Translations under genes and position numbers: made by a program
Assembly (NCBI GenBank): GCA_965222095.1
Contig: CBDCTD010000003.1
Location: 977,027-1,041,026, forward strand
DNA length: 64,000 bases
From: Bryobacterales bacterium
Lineage (GTDB): Bacteria; Acidobacteriota; Terriglobia; Bryobacterales; UBA6623
Direction: 5' to 3'
In this document: positions 22,644-34,229 of the stretch, piece by piece
Layout of the letters: every line of letters starts with the position of its first letter
How positions within the stretch are numbered: the first letter of the stretch is position 1
Notes under the pieces: model-generated
What the model was told of the DNA's origin: nothing
The model's database searches: none
Seen by the model: only the letters and a program-made list of their open reading frames with translations

Positions 22644-23816
22644 GTGACCTCGACGGAACAGAAAGACTACTATCGGATTCTTGGTGTCAAGCGCAACGCC
22701 GGCGACGATGAGATCCGGAAGGCTTACCGCAAGCTTGCCCGCAAGCATCACCCCGATGTGAACCCCGGGGACAAGGCCGCGGAGGACCGCTTCAAGAATA
22801 TCCAGGAAGCCTATGGTATTCTCAGCGATCGTAAGAAACGGCAGATGTACGATCAGTTCGGTTTCTACTCGGAGACCGGCGCCTACCCGGGAGCCGGCGG
22901 TGGAGCCGGCGCGGCGGGGTTCGACTTCAGCGGCTTCGACTTTTCCGACGTTTTCTCTCAGGCCGGTCAGGGTGCACGTCGCGGTCAGGGATCCGGATCG
23001 AGATGGGGCGGATTCTCGGATTTGTTCTCGCAATTCCTTCGCCAGGAGAGACCCGAGTCACCGGCGAAGTCGAAGGCGGGCGAGGATCTCGAATACACAG
23101 TCGATATCGGGTTCTGGGACGCTATTCGCGGCACGACCCTGCGGCTGAGCGTTTTTCGGCACGAGACCTGCGCGCAGTGCCGGGGCCAGGGGAACACCGG
23201 CGCGGGCGTGGCGGTCTGTCCCGAGTGTGGAGGCGGCGGTCAGGTGAATCAGAGCGTCGGCGCCATGCGATTCAACATTGCTTGTCCTCGTTGTCAAGGG
23301 CGAGGACAGCTCCGGAACGCATGCCCGGGGTGCGGGGGCGACGGTCGAGTTGGCCGCAACGAGTCCGTCGAGGTTCGTATCCCTGCCGGAGCTCAGGATG
23401 GGTCTCGACTAAGGGTGGCGAGCAAGGGGAATGCCGGTAGCGTAGGCGGGCCGCCCGGCGACCTCTACATCACGACGCGGGTCGGCGCTCACCCGGTCTT
23501 CGAGCGCAGGGGGGACGAGATCCACATCGTTGTACCGGTTACCATTCCAGAGGCTGTGCTCGGAGGCAAAATCGAAGTGCCCACGATCGATGGGAAAGCA
23601 CGCCTGAAGATTCCACCCGCAACCGATTCGGGAAAGAGATTCCGGTTGCGCGAAAAGGGCGTTCTCAATCGTCGCACCAGCCGGCGAGGAGACCAGTTCG
23701 TAGAAGTGAAAATCGTCGTTCCACCGATCGCGGACCAGGCGTCGAAGGCGAGCATAAAGGAGTTTGGCAAGCTTAACCCCGAAGATCCGCGCAAGGCCCT
23801 TTGGGCGCAGGTCTAA
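22644..23816 (+). CDS. dnaJ: Chaperone DnaJ
   Basis: J-domain HPD, G/F-rich linker, four CxxCxGxG repeats. Confidence 0.96.
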   Translation: MTSTEQKDYYRILGVKRNAGDDEIRKAYRKLARKHHPDVNPGDKAAEDRFKNIQEAYGILSDRKKRQMYDQFGFYSETGAYPGAGGGAGAAGFDFSGFDFSDVFSQAGQGARRGQGSGSRWGGFSDLFSQFLRQERPESPAKSKAGEDLEYTVDIGFWDAIRGTTLRLSVFRHETCAQCRGQGNTGAGVAVCPECGGGGQVNQSVGAMRFNIACPRCQGRGQLRNACPGCGGDGRVGRNESVEVRIPAGAQDGSRLRVASKGNAGSVGGPPGDLYITTRVGAHPVFERRGDEIHIVVPVTIPEAVLGGKIEVPTIDGKARLKIPPATDSGKRFRLREKGVLNRRTSRRGDQFVEVKIVVPPIADQASKASIKEFGKLNPEDPRKALWAQV

Positions 23817-23817
23817 G

Positions 23818-24237
23818 ATGGCGAAAAGAAAACGTACTCAAGGCGGCTACACGATCTCCGTTGTCGCGGGTCAATTCGGCGTTCACCCGCAAACCCTCCG
23901 CCTCTACGAACGCGAAGGGTTGCTCAAACCGTCACGCACGGAGGGCAATACACGGCTCTACACCGACAAAGACATGCAGCGCCTGGAGGTGATCCTTTCG
24001 CTAACCCGGGATCTGGGCGTCAACCTGGCCGGTGTGGAGATCATTCTCAATATGCGCGAGAAAATGGAAGAGATGGGACGCCAGATGCAGGAGTTTGCCT
24101 CCTACGTGACCGAACAAATGGGATCACTGCCTCGCGAGCCCCCGCCGAGTTTTTCTACTTCTTTGATTCCCTTCAAGAAACCTTCGATCGACCGATTGCG
24201 CACCGCACCGGCCAAGAAGGCAAAGACAGCCCGTTAG
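23818..24237 (+). CDS. hspR: Heat shock repressor HspR (MerR family)
   Basis: HPQTLRLYEREGLLKPSRTEGNTRLY, LGVNLAGV; directly after dnaJ. Confidence 0.88.
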   Translation: MAKRKRTQGGYTISVVAGQFGVHPQTLRLYEREGLLKPSRTEGNTRLYTDKDMQRLEVILSLTRDLGVNLAGVEIILNMREKMEEMGRQMQEFASYVTEQMGSLPREPPPSFSTSLIPFKKPSIDRLRTAPAKKAKTAR

Positions 24238-24422
24238 CTTGTAAATTCTCCTAGAAACACCTTGGTGCGAAGGGTTGTGGTCGGCTGATCCGGTTGTGCG
24301 CGATCGACACCCTTACCGAAGTTGCGCCGACTAACGTTCTTACATCTTCCAAGTTCCCCCTCTCTTTTCCTCCAAAGGGCCGATACGTGTAGATAGGGCT
24401 ACCAGTTGCCTGAAAGCGCGGA

Positions 24423-24779
24423 ATGCAATTCTTTCTTCGGCTTCTGATCGTGAGCTGTGTCGCTCTGTCGAGTTGGTGGCAGGTGCAAGCCCGCCTTGGA
24501 TCTTCGAAGTCGGTCGCCATCCTGCTGGCCGGAATGGGGGTGCTGGCGGTAGTGTTGACCGCCAAGGGCAGGCGCCTGGGTCTGTGGCTCTCCCTAGTCC
24601 TTAGCTTAGGGTATGCCGCCGGAGTCGTTCTCTCGGTGCCGCTCGAGCACCTGCATGAAGCCTTGCCCTTTCTGAGTTGGTGCGCACTGGCGGTGTTGTC
24701 ATGCACTGTGTTGCTATGGTCCACCGCGGAGCGCAGTCCGCGAAGGAAGCCAACCTATAAGCGCCATCCGCAGTATTGA
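24423..24779 (+). CDS. Small hypothetical membrane protein (about 4 TM)
   Basis: Four hydrophobic stretches and a basic tail; no family recognised. Confidence 0.4.
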   Translation: MQFFLRLLIVSCVALSSWWQVQARLGSSKSVAILLAGMGVLAVVLTAKGRRLGLWLSLVLSLGYAAGVVLSVPLEHLHEALPFLSWCALAVLSCTVLLWSTAERSPRRKPTYKRHPQY

Positions 24780-24920
24780 CGAGCGCTCGACTTTCAACCA
24801 AACGGACGGCGACCTCACCCGACAAACTGTAGGCCGGGGCGATCTACACGACCTGTTGCTGCGGGCCATGGCCACCGGGCCTTTCGCCCCAACCGCTGTC
24901 ACACTGACGAGAAACACGGG

Positions 24921-25676
24921 CTAAAGGTGATCCGAAGCCCTGCTCCCCCCACGGCGCAAAGCAGCTCGAAAACCTAGGTACCCGGCCGTCAGCGCGCCGA
25001 AAAGATGCTGGAACCAAAAACGGTTGCCCAGATAGTAGACGTCAATTCGCTCTAAGCTCTCTCGAGGCGAGTCGGGGCGGAGATATCCGAGCCGGGTCGA
25101 GCAGCCCCGCGTGAAGTGCTCGCTGACCAATGCACGAAGCGCCTTGGATTCGGCGCCATAAGGATAGGCGAAGTGTTTAACCGGCCTGCCCACGTGGTCT
25201 TCGATTCGTTTTTGCGAGCTAAGAATCTCTTCCGTAGCCGCTGCCAGGGTCAACTTTGTCAAGTCGGGATGAGTGGCCGAATGGGCGCCGAATTCGATCC
25301 CGTGCCGGCTCAGCTCTTCAATCTCCGACCAGCCGAGCAAAGCTCGTCCGCCGAGGCCCGGAGGCTGCGAGGGCCAGTCGTTCGTCTTGCCGCAATAACC
25401 GGAGACCAGGAAGACTGTTGCGGGGAAAGCGTATTGGAGAAGCCAAGGGAAAGCCTGCGGAGAGAAATCGGCAAAGCCGTCGTCAAAGGTAAGTGCGACG
25501 GCAGGCTGAGTTTCCTCGCTCCGGCGAGGGCCAAGTATGTCTTCGAGCGAGACGACAGCGATCCCCTGCACGACCAGGCTGCGTATATGTTGGCGGAAGA
25601 TCTCGGGACGTAGAGAAATGACCGCACCGGAGGGATCGAGCGAATGGTAGGTTAGAATGGCGCGCGTTGGTAGCAT
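24921..25676 (-). CDS. Polysaccharide deacetylase (CE4/NodB)
   Basis: ILTYHS, LTFDDG, HSATH, FAYPYG. Confidence 0.9.
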   Translation of the reverse strand: MLPTRAILTYHSLDPSGAVISLRPEIFRQHIRSLVVQGIAVVSLEDILGPRRSEETQPAVALTFDDGFADFSPQAFPWLLQYAFPATVFLVSGYCGKTNDWPSQPPGLGGRALLGWSEIEELSRHGIEFGAHSATHPDLTKLTLAAATEEILSSQKRIEDHVGRPVKHFAYPYGAESKALRALVSEHFTRGCSTRLGYLRPDSPRESLERIDVYYLGNRFWFQHLFGALTAGYLGFRAALRRGGSRASDHL

Positions 25677-26605
25677 CAGTCGGTCTGAGAACAGCTTCCA
25701 CCGGGCCCGAAGAGGTAGCCGCTCAACTCGCCGACCACCCAGACGGCGTAGAGCAGCAAAAGCAGCGGGGAACAGGCAAGGAATTCCCAGCGGCGTTTCC
25801 GCTTAGAGAAGACGGCCCGGCCGGCGCGGTACAGCAGCAGCAGTGGCGTCAAAGGCGATAACAAGATTCGTGCCTGCAAAGCCCAAAACCGCAGCGTTGA
25901 AAAACGCCTAGCGGCAAAGCAGCGTCCGTGTTGAAACCGTAGCGCGCAATAGCCAACCAGCCCATAGAATTTGCCGTGGGCCACCGATGCATCCGGTTCC
26001 AGCCAAAGCTCCATTCCTCTGGCGAGCAGCTCCTGGTGTACTTCATGTTCCCAGAATCCATCTGTGTAGATGTCCCGGAGCGACTCAAGCAGCTCGCGGC
26101 GATAGCAGGCGTTGCATCCCGTGAGGGAGTTCACCGCGCCTCGCGGGGCCGGTGGCATGGCCCTGGCGTAGCGGGAGAAATAGATCGCCCACTCGACGAG
26201 ACCGCCGCGGCGGCCGTTGATGACCGGGCCGCCGGCCGCGCCAATCTTCGGGTTGTCCAGTGATGGTGCGAGTGCCGCGGGCCAGGATTCGCTGAATGAA
26301 CAGTGATCCTCGGTGATCGCAACCAGCCGCCCGCGGGCGCGACGAATGCCTCGAGCTCTGAGCTGTGGGACCGAACAAGCGCCAGGCACCTCAACCACTT
26401 CAAGCCCAGGACGTTGCGCCTTTAGTTGGTGGAGCAAAAGGGCACTTGGGTCTTCCGTGGAAACGACAGCGATCACCTCCAGGCCCTGGCGGTCCAACAG
26501 TGCACGCAGAGTTGAGACAGCCGCTTCGGGCGCCAAGCGGACGGGCACCACGACAGACATCTCCGCGTCTTCAGTCATAGTTGGCGCAGATCCAGAGCGT
26601 AGCAC
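25676..26605 (-). CDS. Glycosyltransferase family 2
   Basis: SVVVPV, ARGRLVAITEDH, GCNACYRR, hydrophobic C-terminus; start uncertain. Confidence 0.82.
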   Translation of the reverse strand: MLRSGSAPTMTEDAEMSVVVPVRLAPEAAVSTLRALLDRQGLEVIAVVSTEDPSALLLHQLKAQRPGLEVVEVPGACSVPQLRARGIRRARGRLVAITEDHCSFSESWPAALAPSLDNPKIGAAGGPVINGRRGGLVEWAIYFSRYARAMPPAPRGAVNSLTGCNACYRRELLESLRDIYTDGFWEHEVHQELLARGMELWLEPDASVAHGKFYGLVGYCALRFQHGRCFAARRFSTLRFWALQARILLSPLTPLLLLYRAGRAVFSKRKRRWEFLACSPLLLLLYAVWVVGELSGYLFGPGGSCSQTD

Positions 26606-26805
26606 TAGTTTCGATAGACCTGTAGAAAAACGGACGACGCGGCTCGGGAGTTGCCCGACCCCATATCGATCCTGTCTGGACCGCGGAATGCGGGATGGCG
26701 GCGGTTGGTGACCAGCTTAGCCGTTTGCCAGCCGATATATGATAGGTAGGTCCCCTGGCGCCTCGCAGTGTAAATGCGCCGCGGTACCAAGACTCGGGAG
26801 GCTAA

Positions 26806-28191
26806 GTGGTGAGCCAGAACTACGACGTAGTAGTGATTGGAAGCGGGCCGGCCGGCCAAAAAGCGGCGATTGCGGCGGCGAAGCTGAGCAAGAAGGCAGC
26901 CGTTGTGGAACGAAGCTTCGCCGTAGGCGGAGCCTGTTTGCATCACGGCACAATCCCCAGTAAGACCTTGCGGGAAGCGGTCTCCTATTTGTCCGGCGTT
27001 CGCCAAAGGCAACTCTACGGCGCCGCCTACCGAGTCAAAGACAAGGTCTCGATCGAAGATCTCACCTTCCGCACGGAGCGGGTGATCGAGAACGAGGTGA
27101 ACGTCGTTCGAGACCAGTTGCTTCGCAATTATGTGGACATCCTTCCCGGAACCGGCTGTTTCATCGAGCCAAAAAAGGTTCTCGTCACCCAAAACGATGG
27201 CACCCGCATCTTGAATACTGACAACGTGATCATTGCCGTCGGTACCAAACCGGCGCGTCCCCCGGGCATCGAATTCGATGATTGCAAGATTATCGACAGC
27301 GACGGGCTACTGAAACTGGAGCAGATCCCCCGCACGATGACTTTTGTGGGAGCCGGGATTATCGGCCTGGAATATGCCACCATTTTCCGAACGCTGGGAG
27401 TCCGCGTGACGGTAATCGACGGGCGGGACCGCCCGCTGGACTTTATGGACGACGAGATCGAAGACTCCCTCTACTACCACATGCGCGACGAGGGCATCGT
27501 TTTGCGGTTCGGCGAGAGAGTCTCAGCCGTCCAGAAGGCGGAGGACGGTCAAGTCCAAGTATCGATGGAGAGCGGCAAGAAGCTCAGAACGGACTCTCTG
27601 ATGTTCGCCGCCGGGCGCGAGGGCGCATCCGCGGATCTGAACCTCGAAGCGATTGGTATCAAGCCTGACAAGCGAGGTCGCCTCAAGGTCAATGAGTTCT
27701 ACCAGACGGAAGTCCAGGGTGTTTACGCGGTCGGCGACATCATCGGATTCCCAAGCCTAGCGTCCGCGGCGAGAGAACAGGGACGGCTTGCCGCCCTCCA
27801 TGCGATGGGCGAGGATCCTGGCAAGTTGTCCCGTCGATTCCCTTTCGGCGTCTACACGATTCCCGAGATCTCGATGGTCGGGCCGAACGAACAAGAGTTG
27901 ACGAAGGACGCGATACCGTACGAGTCGGGCGTCGCTCGATTTCGAGAACTCTCGCGTGTGCAAATCTCGGGTGGCCGTACCGGCCTGCTGAAGCTCTTGT
28001 TCCACCGCGAGAATCTGAAGCTGCTGGCGGTTCACATCATCGGCGAGTCGGCCACCGAATTGGTGCATATCGGGCAGGCCATCATCGACCACGGGGGCAC
28101 GGTCGAATACCTCCGCGACGCCGTGTTCAACTATCCCACCTTGGCAGAGGCCTACAAAGTAGCGGCTTTGGACGGGCTGAATAAGCTGTGA
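26806..28191 (+). CDS. sthA: Soluble pyridine nucleotide transhydrogenase
   Basis: GSGPAG, GGACLHHGTIPSKTLRE (single Cys), GAGIIG, YTIPEIS, FNYPTLAEAYKVAA. Confidence 0.92.
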   Translation: MVSQNYDVVVIGSGPAGQKAAIAAAKLSKKAAVVERSFAVGGACLHHGTIPSKTLREAVSYLSGVRQRQLYGAAYRVKDKVSIEDLTFRTERVIENEVNVVRDQLLRNYVDILPGTGCFIEPKKVLVTQNDGTRILNTDNVIIAVGTKPARPPGIEFDDCKIIDSDGLLKLEQIPRTMTFVGAGIIGLEYATIFRTLGVRVTVIDGRDRPLDFMDDEIEDSLYYHMRDEGIVLRFGERVSAVQKAEDGQVQVSMESGKKLRTDSLMFAAGREGASADLNLEAIGIKPDKRGRLKVNEFYQTEVQGVYAVGDIIGFPSLASAAREQGRLAALHAMGEDPGKLSRRFPFGVYTIPEISMVGPNEQELTKDAIPYESGVARFRELSRVQISGGRTGLLKLLFHRENLKLLAVHIIGESATELVHIGQAIIDHGGTVEYLRDAVFNYPTLAEAYKVAALDGLNKL

Positions 28192-28304
28192 GCCGGTGAC
28201 AGGGCCTGCCTCCGCCTGACGATACCGTTCGTACCGGCAGCCCGCTGTGCCTGCTCGTTCTCCCTCATGTGTTAGCAAGCAAGTACGATTGGCCCACCAA
28301 CAGC

Positions 28305-29624
28305 TCAGCCGTTCGCGGTCACTGCCTTGGCTAAGTTCCTCAAGATCAAAAACAAGACTACGCTGGCAAGTCCCAGAACCAAGTAAATCACCCAGGGAGC
28401 GCGTTCTGAGAACGGCTTGGGATCGGGTCGGTAGGCCGGGTTGTCCTGCTGAGTACTCAGAGGAAGGCGCTGCGGCTTCTGGGAGAGTCGGCGAGGGAGC
28501 GCGGCCGCAAAGTCATACTCGGGCGCTGCCGCTTTCGGGTTGCCGTAATAAAGCCTGAACGGGCCTGCTCCCGCCGCATCCGCATCGAAAATCACTTGCC
28601 GCGCCACGCTGTGGGCACTGATGCTGGAAATCGACAAAGGCGGGTTTCGATCGTCGGTGACCGTGAGCTTCAAACGGCGCACGAATTGTTCAGTGAAGTT
28701 GATTCTGATTTCTCCCGTTTGGTTGGCTCCTCGGCGGACCAAGCGACCGGATATCAGGTGTCGCGGATTCGCCGAATCCTCGTCGACGATCTCCAGTCGA
28801 TAGGGCCGTGAAAACGGGACTTGGGCTACTGTCACGCTGAGGGCTTGGAGAGGCACTCGCCCGCGAAGGTCGATCCGGTAGCCCGAGGCCGGACGTCCCG
28901 CTTCCCTCGTTGGTTCGCGACCCTGCGAAATGCCAGGAAACTGTTGGACCTCGCCTTGCACCCGGATCGTCCGCCGGATAGTTACGCTTTCAATGATTGG
29001 CGCGGACCCATCGACTTGAGCATCTGGGTGGACGCGCACCCGCACGTAGCGGTAGCGGCTGACAGGGTATTTCACGGTACCTTCGTCGACACCTCCTCCC
29101 GAGGCGGAGAAACGAAAGATCAGCCCACCGGAAACAACCGTCGACCACCGAGAGCTGTCGTTACTGCCTTCCACCTCCACCCGGCGGCGAAAGTTCTGTC
29201 CCGCGGTATCGACTTCCAGTTCGTTGTGTTCTTCGCCGTAACGGCCCAAGTCATAGGAGACCTCGGCTACATCCCCCTGCCTCCCCCGGTTGTACTCGCG
29301 CGCATCAAAAGTGGCGCTCGTATGCTCGGCTTTCCGAATGCGCAGCGCGTAGGGAATCTCGTTTCCGGCGGCGTTATAGAGGCGCAAATCAGCCTGATCT
29401 GGGCGGGCTTGGTCGAGTGCTTGCCGGTCGAGCACCACGTCCAATAGACCACCACTGGCACCCGCGGGTTGGATGTTCTTGAAGTAACGCCAGCCGGTGA
29501 GCGCTTCCACTTGTTGCGCGCGGGTGCCTCGCGCAACCAGAATGCATGCGAACGCGAGCACCGCCGCTCGACAGCCGCGGCTCATGAGGGTTGCTCCCGA
29601 CGGAGGATGCGTTGGTAGCCCCAA
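28305..29624 (-). CDS. DUF3999-like protein with C-terminal membrane anchor
   Basis: ADLRL..EIPY, DDRNPPL, LYYGNP..APEYD, C-terminal TM; likely start ATG 29585 overlapping the upstream stop. Confidence 0.7.
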   Translation of the reverse strand: MGLPTHPPSGATLMSRGCRAAVLAFACILVARGTRAQQVEALTGWRYFKNIQPAGASGGLLDVVLDRQALDQARPDQADLRLYNAAGNEIPYALRIRKAEHTSATFDAREYNRGRQGDVAEVSYDLGRYGEEHNELEVDTAGQNFRRRVEVEGSNDSSRWSTVVSGGLIFRFSASGGGVDEGTVKYPVSRYRYVRVRVHPDAQVDGSAPIIESVTIRRTIRVQGEVQQFPGISQGREPTREAGRPASGYRIDLRGRVPLQALSVTVAQVPFSRPYRLEIVDEDSANPRHLISGRLVRRGANQTGEIRINFTEQFVRRLKLTVTDDRNPPLSISSISAHSVARQVIFDADAAGAGPFRLYYGNPKAAAPEYDFAAALPRRLSQKPQRLPLSTQQDNPAYRPDPKPFSERAPWVIYLVLGLASVVLFLILRNLAKAVTANG

Positions 29625-31510
29625 GCCACAACCAATAACAGGACGCCGAGCGCCAGGAAGGCAATGACGCGGTAGAGCTCTCGCACTTGCGACATGTCAA
29701 CGAAAACCACCTTGAGCACGGTGATGCCGAACACAAAGAGCCCCACCCAGCGGACAAACACTTTTCGAAGACGGAAGCCGGCCGCCACAAGTCCAGCGGC
29801 ATAGAGCGACCACAGCACCGACAGAACCATTTGCCCCGTCCATCGAATCTGTCGCACTTCATCGAACGTTCGACTGGGCGGCAACACTCCCTCTAAGGCG
29901 TCGTAGTAAGTGTAAGCCTCAACCGAAATCGCGAGCCAGAAAAGCCCAAGAGCAGCCAAGGCGGTTGTCAGGACAAAAGGTCCTTTCACGTCCCGGTAGA
30001 AATGGGCCGCCAGGAATAACAACGCGATCAGGGCGAGGGTGCCGAGGAAATAGCGATTCCCCACAGGATCGAACAGCCCCCGGCCTGACCACGGCGTGTC
30101 GGACGCCAAGTGCCGGAAGATCGCCAATCCAAGAACGACAGCCGAGAAGATTCTCAAAGACTGGCTTTTCATCTTGGGGCTTAACCACGCCATGATCGCC
30201 CCCTGTGCGGCCCAACCGATGGTAATCCAGTTCGACTCCAGCTGAATCGGAATAGCGACCGTGACAAAGGTCAACGCAACGCCGATCAGCACGAACAGGG
30301 CCCGGCGGTCGGAAAGCCGCCGTCCCATTCCTGCGCGGGTTATCACAGCGTAGAGCGTTGCCATTACCAAAGCAAACGCACCCATCCACTCCGGGTAGTC
30401 TGCCTCAAGCAGGTGATATGCCGTCGCAAAAAAGACAAACGGATTAACGAACAGCCGCGCCCATTCCTCGGCCGAGGATGCCCTGCCGCGATACTGCGGG
30501 GTCAAGTCGGCTATCAGAAAGAGGACGAAAACGACGATCTGGAAGGTGATCGCGGCAGCCAGCTTCTCGAAATGATAGTGTTCGCCATACCAAGCCCAAA
30601 AAAGCAAATGCGTGAAGACGAACGAACATGTTCCGACCCAGCGCCATGCGCGGACGATGCTCAGGATCACAACGCCTATGTTGAGAACGGCGATATAGCA
30701 AAACAGGACAACGTACTGGTCTCGTCCGGTCGAGAGAAGGATTGGTACCAGGAATCCACCGATTTGCGCCACCAGAGCAATGGCGCGGGAATTGTAGGCC
30801 GTAGCAACTAGGTGGGCCTGAACCACGACCAAGACGAGAAAAGCAAAAGCGACCCGCTGGTCGACTAAACGGTAGAAACCGAAGGAGGCGTAGATCGAAA
30901 GGTAGATCAGAATCACGCCCCCACTGGTAAGCACCCGCGAGAAGTAGCGCCAGCCGGCAAGATGACGCCGCCATCCCGCCCAAACAAAGCCAAGACCGGC
31001 AGAGATGCCAATGATGACGCGGCCAAGTTCGCCAATCCAACGATTCTCAAACGCGTATTTTAAGAAGAAGGCCGCCCCAAACAAGATCAAGAAAACCGCA
31101 ATCCAGCCAAGCCACCGCTGGCCGATGATTTCCTCCAATTGCGGGTGCCGCCGGTCCCAATCCACAGGCGGCAGCTCTGTTGACTCCGGCTGAGACGCGG
31201 TTCTGGGGGCAGCTGGGACGTCCTCCGGCGGGACGGGGGGCTGCACGGGTTGCGGAGTCGGAGGAGCCTGGGGCTGCGGCACTCGCTCCGCTTGAGGTTC
31301 GACTTGGGCAGGTGCCTCGGCTTCGTCACGCTTTGCGGTATAGACGGCCTCCACGTCGCGCATGACACGCCGCAAAGCCGCCTCCACTCCGGCCATGCGG
31401 CGTTCTAGCCGGCCGATCCTGATCGTGCGCACCAGCGCTACAATCGGCAACACCACGATGCACACCAATACCAACAGCAGTAGGAAGATGAGTGATTCAG
31501 CACCGTGCAT
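29582..31510 (-). CDS. DUF2339 family multi-pass membrane protein
   Basis: Pro-rich linker, LEEIIGQRWL, FFLKYAFEN, PILLSTG, terminal KVVFVD...YRVIAF. Confidence 0.85.
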   Translation of the reverse strand: MHGAESLIFLLLLVLVCIVVLPIVALVRTIRIGRLERRMAGVEAALRRVMRDVEAVYTAKRDEAEAPAQVEPQAERVPQPQAPPTPQPVQPPVPPEDVPAAPRTASQPESTELPPVDWDRRHPQLEEIIGQRWLGWIAVFLILFGAAFFLKYAFENRWIGELGRVIIGISAGLGFVWAGWRRHLAGWRYFSRVLTSGGVILIYLSIYASFGFYRLVDQRVAFAFLVLVVVQAHLVATAYNSRAIALVAQIGGFLVPILLSTGRDQYVVLFCYIAVLNIGVVILSIVRAWRWVGTCSFVFTHLLFWAWYGEHYHFEKLAAAITFQIVVFVLFLIADLTPQYRGRASSAEEWARLFVNPFVFFATAYHLLEADYPEWMGAFALVMATLYAVITRAGMGRRLSDRRALFVLIGVALTFVTVAIPIQLESNWITIGWAAQGAIMAWLSPKMKSQSLRIFSAVVLGLAIFRHLASDTPWSGRGLFDPVGNRYFLGTLALIALLFLAAHFYRDVKGPFVLTTALAALGLFWLAISVEAYTYYDALEGVLPPSRTFDEVRQIRWTGQMVLSVLWSLYAAGLVAAGFRLRKVFVRWVGLFVFGITVLKVVFVDMSQVRELYRVIAFLALGVLLLVVAWGYQRILRREQPS

Positions 31511-31694
31511 AGACAGTTGCTCGGGAGGCTGACAATGGCTTCAGCGGTCACCGCATTCTACAGCAGCGGCTCTGAGAATTGCGATCAGGTCCTCTTGGTG
31601 GAGCTAACCATTCCCACTCGGCTAGGCCCCTCAATCCAAACCCGAAGTCACTGCATGAGACTTTGGCAGCGCACCCCGTCCAGCGCCAGGCCCG

Positions 31695-33173
<1,479 letters not shown>

Positions 33174-33407
33174 AGGCCTCCTTGGTGAGCATCTAGCGAG
33201 CCGATCTTGATGGGCATTATACCAGGGCGTTTTCGTTGCTCTCTGGGAACTCCGGAGCCCGGATTCGGCCGTTGTGGCAGTTGTCGAGTGGCCGGATTCA
33301 GTCCCGCTCACCCGGCAAGTGTAGTAGTTATAGAACGCGGAACGCGATACCCCTGAAACCCCTTACGCCCGGTATAATAAGTGGGGACTGTCGGCCCCGG
33401 AGGTTGC

Positions 33408-33947
33408 GTGTTCCTCGACGTCAACATCCTGGAACGTCGAAAGATGGCCTTCGATGACCGCTTTCGACCCGGGACTATTGAGTTCTCCAGCAGCGACTGG
33501 AAGCAGGTCGGCGAGATCGAGGCGTCGGGTTCGGCCGAGTTGCTCGACCCCCAGGGCGTGCGCACGATTCGCGTTCGCGGCCGCATCCGGGGAGCGATAG
33601 GCGGAACCTGCGCCCGTTGTCTCGATGCCGTCGAGTCCCGATGTAACGAGGACTTTGACCTTTTCTACTACCCGATGAGCGTCATAGCCCGGAAAGAGGC
33701 GATCTCGATCGATACATCGGACACGGATCTCGGCTTTTACGAAGATCCGGGACTGGAACTGACCGATGTGCTGAAGGAGCAGGTGCTGCTCTGGTTGCCG
33801 ATGCGCAGCGTCTGCCGAGAGGATTGCAACGGGATATGCTCCCAATGCGGAGCGAACCTCAATCGGGGTGCGTGTGTGTGCGTGAAGAGCTTTTCGGACC
33901 CGCGCTGGGACGCCCTTCGAAAGCTGCAATTCCACAAACCGTCATAA
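33408..33947 (+). CDS. yceD: YceD/DUF177 protein
   Basis: CARCL, CREDCNGICSQCG, DPRWDAL; precedes rpmF. Confidence 0.88.
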   Translation: MFLDVNILERRKMAFDDRFRPGTIEFSSSDWKQVGEIEASGSAELLDPQGVRTIRVRGRIRGAIGGTCARCLDAVESRCNEDFDLFYYPMSVIARKEAISIDTSDTDLGFYEDPGLELTDVLKEQVLLWLPMRSVCREDCNGICSQCGANLNRGACVCVKSFSDPRWDALRKLQFHKPS

Positions 33948-33956
33948 GCTAAACGT

Positions 33957-34139
33957 ATGCCCAATCCTAAACGCAGGCATTCCAAGTCCCGAACGAGCAA
34001 GCGCCGGGCGCACGACCACCTCAGGATACGTTCGTTGACCGCTTGTCCCAACTGCGGGGCGCAGAAACAGCCCCACCGGGTTTGTCCCGAGTGCGGCCAG
34101 TATCGAGGCCGCGAGATCGTGGAAGTAGAAAGCGAATAG
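33957..34139 (+). CDS. rpmF: 50S ribosomal protein L32
   Basis: MPNPKRRHSK, CPNCG, HRVCPECGQY. Confidence 0.96.
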   Translation: MPNPKRRHSKSRTSKRRAHDHLRIRSLTACPNCGAQKQPHRVCPECGQYRGREIVEVESE

Positions 34140-34229
34140 CTCGGCGGCGTTCAGCTCTGGACTGGTCGCTGCCGCTCTTGCGTCAGAATCCCGCACTGTT
34201 GACCTTTGTGCGATAAACTTGTGGGCCCG

